Below the pieces are notes generated by a model that was not told the origin of the DNA, searched no databases, and worked only from the letters and a program-made list of their open reading frames with translations. From positions 1 through 32,000 of the forward strand of contig CAYJVY010000009.1 in assembly GCA_964373795.1 (NCBI GenBank): 32,000 nt of DNA, written 5' to 3'. Shown piece by piece: positions 8,656 through 15,958 of the stretch; within the stretch, counting starts at the first letter, position 1, and the number at the start of each line of letters is the position of its first letter. The position numbers were made by a program, and so were the translations under genes. The stretch comes from an uncultured archaeon. Its GTDB lineage: Archaea; Iainarchaeota; Iainarchaeia; Iainarchaeales; DATDZZ01.

Positions 8656-9555
8656 ATGAAAATCGGAATAGCTGACACAATGTTCAGCAGAATTGACTTA
8701 ACGGAATTTGCTTTGCAGGCATTGAAAGGAAAATTCAAAGGCAGAATAGAAAGATATACTGTTCCTGGAATAAAGGATTTGCCTGTTGCATGTAAAAAAC
8801 TTTTCGAAGAACTGAGCTGTGACATTGTTCTTGCGCTTGGCTTTGTAGGCAAAGCTTCAATTGACAAGCAATGCGCACACGAAGCAACACAAGGAGTCCA
8901 ACAACTAATGTTGCAAACAGGAAAACACATTTTGGAAGTATTCATTCATTCAAACGAAACCTATACTGAAAAAAAATTATTAAAAATAGCCGAAAACAGA
9001 GTGAAAAAACATGCATTGAATGCAGTTGAATTGCTGAAAGGCGGAAAAGCTTTGCAGAAAAAAGCTGGAACAGGAGAAAGACAAGGCTTTCAAAATGAAG
9101 GAAGAATTTCTTTTCAAAACGCGGACAACCGCAAGCCGAGAATTGGAATTGTTGTTTCAAAAGTTTACCCAGAAATAACTGAAGAAATGCTGAAAATTTC
9201 TCAAATGCGAGCAAAAGAAAGAAAGGCTGAAGTGAAATTCGTTTTACGTGTAGGGGGAAGCTTTGACACTCCTTTAGCAGTAAAACGTTTAATTGAGCGC
9301 ACAGACATTGACGGAGTAATTGTTTTAGGAGCAGTAATTAAAGGCGAAACAAGCCATGATGAAATAGTGGCAGGAAATGCTGCAAGAAAAATTGCAGATT
9401 TGAGTGTAGAATATTCTAAACCAATTGGTTTAGGAATTTCTGGGCCTGGAATGACTAGAAAGCAAGCAATTCAAAGAATTGAAAAATTTGCATCAGATTC
9501 AGTTGACGCTGTTTTAAATTCCTTAGAAGAATTGAAAAAATTGGAGGCAGAATAA
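8656..9555 (+). CDS. ribC/ribH: Fusion of archaeal-type riboflavin synthase (N) and 6,7-dimethyl-8-ribityllumazine synthase (C)
   Basis: Residues 1-150 match the MJ1184 type (MKIGIADTMFSR, TVPGIKDLPVACKKL, CAHEA, GERQGFQNEG). Residues about 160-299 match the MJ0303 RibH type (GSFDTPLAVKRL, VLGAVIKGETSHDEIVAGNAARKIADLSVEYSKPIGLGISGPGMTRKQA). It is one uninterrupted 299-codon frame. Confidence 0.85.
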   Translation: MKIGIADTMFSRIDLTEFALQALKGKFKGRIERYTVPGIKDLPVACKKLFEELSCDIVLALGFVGKASIDKQCAHEATQGVQQLMLQTGKHILEVFIHSNETYTEKKLLKIAENRVKKHALNAVELLKGGKALQKKAGTGERQGFQNEGRISFQNADNRKPRIGIVVSKVYPEITEEMLKISQMRAKERKAEVKFVLRVGGSFDTPLAVKRLIERTDIDGVIVLGAVIKGETSHDEIVAGNAARKIADLSVEYSKPIGLGISGPGMTRKQAIQRIEKFASDSVDAVLNSLEELKKLEAE

Positions 9556-9959
9556 TGAAGAAAACTCTCCTTAATCCAAAAAATTTTACTAAAGCTTTGG
9601 GAAGTTATTCTCATGGATTAAAAATTGAGTTAACTGATTCAAGTTTTATTTTTGTTACAGGACAAATAGCAATGAATGCTGAAGGAAAACTTGTTTCAGA
9701 AAACGTTGAAGATCAAACAGAATTTGTTTTCCAGAACTTGCAAAAAATCTTGCAAGAAGGGGGAGCAAGCCTGGATGACGTTGTAAAAGCAACAATTTTT
9801 GTAACAGATTTAAAAGATTTTCCAAAAATTTCTGCAATAAGAAATAGATATTTTGCAAAAGCAAAACCTGTTTCAACTTTAGTTGAAATAAGTAATACTG
9901 TAAAAAAGGGTTGCAAGGTTGAAATTGAAGTAATTGCAGTATGCAAGAAAGGGATTTAA
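9555..9959 (+). CDS. ridA: RidA/YjgF/TdcF family enamine/imine deaminase
   Basis: Typical RidA layout (YSHG..., FVTGQIAMN, ATIFVTDLKDF, VEIEVIA). SD site GGAGG. Its ATG overlaps the previous stop by 1 nt. Confidence 0.85.
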   Translation: MKKTLLNPKNFTKALGSYSHGLKIELTDSSFIFVTGQIAMNAEGKLVSENVEDQTEFVFQNLQKILQEGGASLDDVVKATIFVTDLKDFPKISAIRNRYFAKAKPVSTLVEISNTVKKGCKVEIEVIAVCKKGI

Positions 9960-11165
9960 ATGACTGAAGGATTTGATTCAATTGAAACTGCTTTAAAAGA
10001 TTTTTTGAAAGGCAAGCCATTAATTGTAGTGGACGATGAAAACAGGGAAAACGAGGGAGACTTAATTGTTGCAGGAGAAAAGTGTTCGCCTGAAGTAATT
10101 AATTTCATGATAAAAGAAGGAAAAGGGTTGGTGTGCGTGCCTTTAACTGAAGAAAAAGCAAGGCAATTGAATTTAAATTTAATGATTTCAGGGAATAAAG
10201 AGTTACATAAATGTAATTTTACTGTTTCAATTGATGCATTAAAAGATTCTTCTACTGGGATTTCGGCTTTTGATCGCGCTAAAACAGTTCAAGAAATTGT
10301 TCGCGATAATTCAACTGAAAAAGATTTCACTAAACCTGGACATATTTTTCCTTTAATTGCAAGAAAAGGAGGATTGTTTGAAAGACAAGGGCATACAGAA
10401 GCTTCAATAGAGTTATGCAAGTTAACTGGCTTGAAAGAAGTTGCAGTAATTTGTGAAATAATTAAAGAAAATGGGGAAATGGCTAGAGTTTCTGATTTAA
10501 TTAAATTCAAGGAAAAACATGGATTGAAATTGATTTCAATAGTTGACTTAATTAGGTATTTAATTGAAAAAACAAAAATAATTAAGAAAGAAGTTGAAAC
10601 AAAGCTTCCAACCAAATTTGGGGAATTTAAATTAATTGCTTTCCAGTCTTTGATTAATGATTTTGAGCATTTGGTTTTAGTGAAAGGAGAAATTACTGGA
10701 AAAGAAAATGTTTTGATTAGAATTCATTCAGAGTGCTTAACCGGAGACTTATTTTCTTCAATGAGGTGTGATTGTCAAAACCAATTGCATTACTCAATGC
10801 AAAAAATTCAAGAAAAAGGAGAAGGATTAATTCTTTATTTAAGGCAAGAGGGAAGAGGCATTGGTTTGTTAAACAAGTTAAAGGCTTATGCATTGCAAGA
10901 TCAAGGCTTGGATACAGTTGAAGCAAACTTGCAGTTAGGGTTTAGAGCAGATGAAAGAAATTATTTAATTGCCGCAAAAATGTTGAAGGAATTGCAAGTT
11001 AAATCAATTGAGTTAATGACTAATAATCCTTCAAAGATATTTGAATTAGAAAAATTCGGAATAAAAGTTGTTCAAAGACATTCAATTCATTCAGAGAAAA
11101 ACAAATTCAATGAACCTTATTTGAAAACAAAAAAAGACAAGTTAGGGCATTTAATTGAAAAATAA
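9960..11165 (+). CDS. ribBA: Bifunctional 3,4-dihydroxy-2-butanone-4-phosphate synthase / GTP cyclohydrolase II
   Basis: RibB motifs (VVDDENRENEGDLI, GHTEAS) and the RibA zinc motif (IHSECLTGDLFSSMRCDCQNQL, YLRQEGRGIGL). Confidence 0.9.
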   Translation: MTEGFDSIETALKDFLKGKPLIVVDDENRENEGDLIVAGEKCSPEVINFMIKEGKGLVCVPLTEEKARQLNLNLMISGNKELHKCNFTVSIDALKDSSTGISAFDRAKTVQEIVRDNSTEKDFTKPGHIFPLIARKGGLFERQGHTEASIELCKLTGLKEVAVICEIIKENGEMARVSDLIKFKEKHGLKLISIVDLIRYLIEKTKIIKKEVETKLPTKFGEFKLIAFQSLINDFEHLVLVKGEITGKENVLIRIHSECLTGDLFSSMRCDCQNQLHYSMQKIQEKGEGLILYLRQEGRGIGLLNKLKAYALQDQGLDTVEANLQLGFRADERNYLIAAKMLKELQVKSIELMTNNPSKIFELEKFGIKVVQRHSIHSEKNKFNEPYLKTKKDKLGHLIEK

Positions 11166-11181
11166 TTTTTGAGGCGCTTGC

Positions 11182-12252
11182 TTGAATTCCTTCATGAAAA
11201 AAGCATTTGAATTGGCTAAAAAAGGGAAAGGAAAAACTTATCCAAATCCAACAGTTGGATGTGTTATTGTTAGAAAAGGAAAAATTGTTGGACAAGGATT
11301 TACTCAACCTGCAGGACAAAATCATGCAGAAATTGAAGCATTGAATTCATGCAAGCAAAGCCTTGAAAAAGCGGAAATGTATTCAACTTTAGAGCCTTGC
11401 AGTCATTTTGGGAAAACCCCTCCATGCACTAAAGCAATAATTAAATCAGGAATTTCAAGGGTTGTAATTGGTTCAATTGACTCAAATCCATTAGTTAATG
11501 GAAAAGGAGTTCAAGAATTACTTGAAGCAGGAATTAAAGTTGAAATCCAAGAAAATGAAGAAATTAAAAAATTAAATGAAGATTTTTTTAAATTCATTTT
11601 AACTAAAAAGCCTTTCATAATTTTAAAGGCTGCAATCTCCTTGGATGGAAAAATTTGCTCTGAAACAGGAGACAGTAAATGGATTTCAGGCGAGGATTCA
11701 AGGAAAAAAGTTCATAAAATGAGAAGCGAATGCAATGCAATTCTTGTAGGCATTAAAACAGTTTTAAAAGACAATCCGCAATTGACTGCAAGAATTCCTG
11801 AAGGCAGAAACCCTTTAAGAATAATTCTTGATTCAAGTTTAAAAATTCCTTTGCAGGCAAATGTTTTAAGCGATTCAAATGTTTTAATTATTTGCAGTAA
11901 AAAAGTTCAAGAAAAAAAATTAAAAAAATTAAAAAGAAAAGAGATTCAAGTAATGCAAGTAAATGAATTGAATGGAAAACTTGATTTAAATGAATTATTA
12001 AAAGTTTTAGGCGAAAAGGGGATAGTGAGTTTACTAGTTGAAGGAGGTTCAGAGGTTTTCAGTTCATTCATTGCGGAAAAATTAGTGGATAAAATAGTGT
12101 TATTCGTTGCTCCAAAAATTATTGGAGGAAAAAATTCGAAAAGCTTTGTAGAAGGAAAAGGAATTCAAAAAATTTCTGAAGCATTAACTGTTCAGGAAAT
12201 GAGTGTTGAAAAAAGTGGAGAAGATTTATTAATTCAAGGATATTTAAAATGA
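11182..12252 (+). CDS. ribD: Bifunctional diaminohydroxyphosphoribosylaminopyrimidine deaminase / 5-amino-6-(5-phosphoribosylamino)uracil reductase
   Basis: CMP/dCMP deaminase zinc motifs (HAEIEAL, EPCSHFGKTPPC) plus a C-terminal RibD reductase domain (KAAISLDGKI, LLVEGG). TTG 11182 lies 8 nt after GAGG; ATG 11194 is an alternative. Confidence 0.9.
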   Translation: MNSFMKKAFELAKKGKGKTYPNPTVGCVIVRKGKIVGQGFTQPAGQNHAEIEALNSCKQSLEKAEMYSTLEPCSHFGKTPPCTKAIIKSGISRVVIGSIDSNPLVNGKGVQELLEAGIKVEIQENEEIKKLNEDFFKFILTKKPFIILKAAISLDGKICSETGDSKWISGEDSRKKVHKMRSECNAILVGIKTVLKDNPQLTARIPEGRNPLRIILDSSLKIPLQANVLSDSNVLIICSKKVQEKKLKKLKRKEIQVMQVNELNGKLDLNELLKVLGEKGIVSLLVEGGSEVFSSFIAEKLVDKIVLFVAPKIIGGKNSKSFVEGKGIQKISEALTVQEMSVEKSGEDLLIQGYLK

Positions 12253-12270
12253 TTTTTTAAAGTGATTTAA

Positions 12271-12681
12271 TTGAAGTACAGTTTTTACGTTGATTCAAAG
12301 CCTGAAAGAATTCCAAGAGATACAACTGAAATTCATTTAACTAGGCCAGTGAAAGAAATTCTTTTAAAAAAAGTTTTCAAGAGATGTGAAAATCTTTCAA
12401 TAATTTCTTTAAGTGATAGTTGCTTTAAACGTTTAAGTGTAACAGTAAAGCAATTCCTTGCAAGAAAAAAAATTGAGTTGAGAATTCAAAAATCTAAAGG
12501 CAGGCCAATTTCAATTGATTTAGAGAAAATGCTTAGAATAATTGAATTAAAAAAAGATTATAGAAGCTATAATGAGATTTCTCAAATACTTGAAATTCCT
12601 AGATCTACAGCGCATTACTTGATTAAATATGCTGATAGAACTAAAATAAAGCAAGGCAATGAAACAATTCACTTACAATAA
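12271..12681 (+). CDS. Hypothetical protein with C-terminal helix-turn-helix
   Basis: TTG start. The C-terminal SYNEISQILEIPRSTAHYLIKYA is resolvase/Hin-like HTH. No catalytic domain is visible. Confidence 0.5.
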   Translation: MKYSFYVDSKPERIPRDTTEIHLTRPVKEILLKKVFKRCENLSIISLSDSCFKRLSVTVKQFLARKKIELRIQKSKGRPISIDLEKMLRIIELKKDYRSYNEISQILEIPRSTAHYLIKYADRTKIKQGNETIHLQ

Positions 12682-12797
12682 AAATTACAACGGCGTTAAA
12701 CGAATTTTAAATGGCTGATTGACGAAAGGTTTTTATATTTGTTTAAGTTATTTGATTATAGTTTTGGTAGGTTTCTAGTTAAAAGGAATCGGGTTAA

Positions 12798-13157
12798 ATG
12801 AATCATTTTAGAATTGAAGGAAACACTGTTTTTCTGGGTTGGATTAGTTTTCCAATCACGCATTTAAAGGAATTTATTAATGCTTTAACTGAATGGAAGA
12901 AATTGAAATTTTTGCCCAAGACTTGGATTGGCTCTAAAGAAAACGGAATACTAGTTTATTCTTACGATCCTTTAAAGGATAAAGAAAATGAATTGGTTTT
13001 CGTTGAAAACAATCCAAAATATGATTCATTCATTGTAATTGAAAAACCTTCATTAAATTTAAAGGACTTGCCAAACAAAATAATTTTTAATTTAGCTGAC
13101 ACAATTGAATGGATTAAAGAATTAACTAAAATGCAGGCTTTTTTTCCTCAATACTAG
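12798..13157 (+). CDS. Hypothetical protein (119 aa)
   Basis: ATG start in a clean frame. No recognisable motif. Confidence 0.45.
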   Translation: MNHFRIEGNTVFLGWISFPITHLKEFINALTEWKKLKFLPKTWIGSKENGILVYSYDPLKDKENELVFVENNPKYDSFIVIEKPSLNLKDLPNKIIFNLADTIEWIKELTKMQAFFPQY

Positions 13158-13290
13158 AAACAATGTTTTATTTGATTTTTTTAATTCCTGTAATAACAAT
13201 AGCTTTATAAATATCAAAATCTACAATTAATTTACTTTAGTTTAATTAATTTATTAACGTAAACATGTAAATTTTGTGAGGAGAAAAAAT

Positions 13291-14904
13291 ATGCCTGAGA
13301 GACGTTTGGAAAGATTTAAAGCAAGAGCAAAAGAAGCTGTTAGAAAAGTTGCAGGAGTAAGAGAACCTGCTAGAAACGCTTTTTTTAGAGTTACAAGTTT
13401 TTTATCAAGGCTTCCAAGAGACTTTAAAGTACTTAAGGAAAGCTTTAGGGCAACTGTTTTAAAAGAAAACGGTAAGCCAGTTGCAGCAGTAAAAGTAGTT
13501 GGAAGAATTAAAGGAAAAGCATTATTATTAGTTGTTCCAGCGCTTGCAGGTTGTATGACTGTGCAATCACAAGGCGGAAAAGAAACTCGTTTAAAATTAT
13601 TACCTCCTCCAGTGAAAACTGCTCCAAGCACAGCTCCAACTGAAGCAAGAGTTGCTCCTTTTGGAGGATTGCCTGGAATAGTTGAAAGAGCTAGAGCTGC
13701 TGGGCCAACAACAACTGCTTCTACTCCTGGAGTAAGACTTTTAAGATTATATGAAAGAGGTGGTTCTGAAGAAAGAGTTACTGTAAGAAAAGAGCCATTC
13801 ATTATAGGAGTAGACAGAGATGTTGAAACAAGTCTTGCACAAAGAGGGGGAAGAGATTTAAATTCATTAACTTTTGATGCTGGAAGAGTAGCTAACTTAA
13901 GAGATGCTGAAGTAAGTGCTTTTCTTGAAACTGAAAACTTTTTTTCAGGGCCAAGAGGAGGAATAACTGAAAAAGTTCCTCATGCAGGCACTGGTTCAGG
14001 AGATGTTACAACTCGCACTCCAATAAATTTAAGAGAGTCACTGCATTTAAGCAGGTTTGGAGTAGGAGTTGGAAAAGATTTAACTGGTTTGCTTAGAAAA
14101 GGAAATATTTCCCTTGGTTTTAGCAATGCAAGGCTTGTTAAAGGAAGTGAGAGATACGGAGTTAATGGGTTTCATTTAGGGGGAAGACTTGAAGCAGCTC
14201 CAATTCCAGGAGTTCAAAATGTTCAAGCAGTTGTAGAAGGATTTATGGAAAGAGTTGGAAGCATTAGTAATGATAGATTAAGAGCAGAACTTAGAGGAAC
14301 AATTCCTTTAACTAGAGAGGGACAAGCAGTTGCTCATGTTCCAAGAGAATTAAGTACTGCAGAAAAAACAGCTGCAGCAGCTGCAGGAGCAAAAATTGAA
14401 GCAACTCCTACAGGTTATGACTTGATTTGGGATTTAGGTTTAACTCATACTCAAATATCTAAAGGAATAGATGAATTAGAAGGGCAAGCAGGAATTGGAC
14501 TTGTAAGAAAAGGAAAACGTGGAAGTGAAACAGGTTTAAGAGCATTTTTGGTATTTAACCCTGCAACAAGAGAAGGACAAGCAGAACTACATTTTGGAAG
14601 AAGTATGGGTGTAGGAGCTCAAGGATGGTGGACTGTTCGTCCTGGTTGGCCAACAGTTGTTGCAGACATTGAATACAGAGGTTCAGGAGAAATGTCAGCT
14701 TCTTTAGGAATTGATATTAAAAGCCTTTTAGGTGGTGAAGGGAAAAAGAAACCATCTCCTGCTGCAGAACCAATTCCAGAGAAAGACAGGGAAAGAATGA
14801 GATATTACTATGCTCCGCCTGCAGGTAGACCAGGAGAGCATTATGCTTCTACTAGTTATAGGCCTCAAAAAACAACTCCTAGAAGCGGGAAAAGAAGTAG
14901 ATAG
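13291..14904 (+). CDS. Orphan Arg/Gly/Ala/Thr-rich exported or membrane-anchored protein (537 aa)
   Basis: ATG 13291 lies 7 nt after GAGGAG (the track GTG 13276 lies within or before that RBS). There is an internal signal-like h-region plus lipobox (KALLLVVPALAGC, Cys codon 13552-13554). The 1.6-kb frame is long and open with AT-ending codons (AGA, GGA, GCA, GTT). A hairpin plus T-tract follows directly after the stop. Confidence 0.75.
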   Translation: MPERRLERFKARAKEAVRKVAGVREPARNAFFRVTSFLSRLPRDFKVLKESFRATVLKENGKPVAAVKVVGRIKGKALLLVVPALAGCMTVQSQGGKETRLKLLPPPVKTAPSTAPTEARVAPFGGLPGIVERARAAGPTTTASTPGVRLLRLYERGGSEERVTVRKEPFIIGVDRDVETSLAQRGGRDLNSLTFDAGRVANLRDAEVSAFLETENFFSGPRGGITEKVPHAGTGSGDVTTRTPINLRESLHLSRFGVGVGKDLTGLLRKGNISLGFSNARLVKGSERYGVNGFHLGGRLEAAPIPGVQNVQAVVEGFMERVGSISNDRLRAELRGTIPLTREGQAVAHVPRELSTAEKTAAAAAGAKIEATPTGYDLIWDLGLTHTQISKGIDELEGQAGIGLVRKGKRGSETGLRAFLVFNPATREGQAELHFGRSMGVGAQGWWTVRPGWPTVVADIEYRGSGEMSASLGIDIKSLLGGEGKKKPSPAAEPIPEKDRERMRYYYAPPAGRPGEHYASTSYRPQKTTPRSGKRSR

Positions 14905-14942
14905 GTTTAACTTCTTTAAACCTTTCTCTTTTTATTTTTTTT
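14903..14942 (+). terminator. Hairpin plus T-tract after the 537-aa ORF
   Basis: AGGTTTAA-CTTCT-TTAAACCT forms a perfect 8-bp stem (14903-14923), followed by TTCTCTTTTTATTTTTTTT. Confidence 0.55.
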
Positions 14943-15015
14943 CATATATATTATGTTAATTAAATTCAATGAATACTAAATTAATATTGTAAAACTCTTA
15001 TTTTATTTGATTAAA

Positions 15016-15675
15016 ATGGCTAAAAAAAAACAACCTAAAGCAAAAAAACCTGTTTTAAAAGCTAAAAAAAAGCCTGTTAAAGCTAAAACTGTTAAAAAGC
15101 GTGTTTTAAAGCATAAGTTAGGTAAGAAAGCTCTTAAAGCGAAAAAAACAGCTAAAAAAGGAGTTAAAGAAGTTAAAGGCAGTAAAACTGGTGGAAAACT
15201 AAGTGAAGCCTTTTTAAGAGATGTTGAAAAATATTTAAACGATAGAAGAGAAGAGTATTTTTTAACTGATGAATTAATTTCTTCTTATTTGGATGCTGTT
15301 AAAAGCGTTTTAAATCAAACCAATAATGTTAATGATGTTTTAGAGAAATTTGTTTCAAGATTTCCTGATAGAAAAAAGGGTTATAACGATGAAAATTTTA
15401 ATAAAAGGATTTACACTGATTTAGCTTGCCTTGTTGTTTCAAAAGAAAAAGTGAATGAAAAACTTGTACTTAAATTAATTGAAGAATTAATTAATGTTTT
15501 AGAATTCGAGTCAAAAATTCCTTGCTTTGATGAAATGGATTACGATGCCAAACACGAGCAAATGGGTAGACAAGTAAGAAATCTTAGAACATTAAACAAA
15601 AACGAATTAGTTGAAGAAATGCTTAAAAAATTCACTTTCCTTAAATTTTTTTGGGATCACGAAAAAACTCTTTAA
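15016..15675 (+). CDS. Hypothetical protein with histone-H1-like Lys/Ala/Pro-rich N-terminal tail
   Basis: MAKKKQPKAKKPVLKAKKKPVKAKTVKKRVLKHKLGKKALKAKKTAKKGVKEVKG is followed by an unrecognised domain of about 155 aa. The track start TTG 15007 is an alternative. Confidence 0.6.
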   Translation: MAKKKQPKAKKPVLKAKKKPVKAKTVKKRVLKHKLGKKALKAKKTAKKGVKEVKGSKTGGKLSEAFLRDVEKYLNDRREEYFLTDELISSYLDAVKSVLNQTNNVNDVLEKFVSRFPDRKKGYNDENFNKRIYTDLACLVVSKEKVNEKLVLKLIEELINVLEFESKIPCFDEMDYDAKHEQMGRQVRNLRTLNKNELVEEMLKKFTFLKFFWDHEKTL

Positions 15676-15679
15676 AGAT

Positions 15680-15871
15680 TTATTTCCTTTCTTCTAATGC
15701 TTTAATTATTTTCTTTACTGATTTTTTTTCATTGCAAAGAGTTCTAAATTCTTCTCGAGTTAAAGGTTTTGCCTTCATTGAGATTTCTGCAAACACATCA
15801 ACTAAAGCATAATAAGATTTTTGAACAAATTCAAAAGAAACTTCGCTGTTCAAAGGATTTTCAATTATCAA
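15680..15871 (-). CDS. Small hypothetical protein (63 aa, TTG start)
   Basis: Only a TTG start is available. The frame stays open upstream through the GC-rich element without any start codon. Confidence 0.35.
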   Translation of the reverse strand: MIIENPLNSEVSFEFVQKSYYALVDVFAEISMKAKPLTREEFRTLCNEKKSVKKIIKALEERK

Positions 15872-15912
15872 GGCGCGAGACCTTGCGCGCTCGTCGCGCG
15901 CGTCAGCGAAGG
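15871..15912. other. 42-nt GC-rich (31/42 G+C) hairpin-forming element in a divergent intergenic region
   Basis: Sequence AGGCGCGAGACCTTGCGCGCTCGTCGCGCGCGTCAGCGAAGG. Alternative stems are GCGCG/CGCGC, GCGCGC-TCGTC-GCGCGC, and CCTT...AAGG. It shares the 9-mer GCGCGAGAC with the structured element at 26604-26612. Confidence 0.4.
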
Positions 15913-15958
15913 AAAGACTTATTAATTTGAATGAGTTTTTATTTACAAAGGAATTTAA

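Noticed and set aside
8221-10926. Minus-strand ORFs inside the riboflavin operon (8221..8427, 8547..8945, 8942..9214, 9655..10020, 9713..9946, 10289..10615, 10717..10926)
   Set aside because: All lie antisense to genes with unambiguous enzyme motifs. None has a recognisable motif or RBS.
13254-13802. 182-aa minus-strand ORF antisense to the 537-aa gene
   Set aside because: It is a shadow ORF opened by the Gly/Ala/Arg-rich composition of the sense frame. It has no RBS, its product is low-complexity (GGNNFKRVSFPP...), and it lies fully inside a longer, better-supported gene.
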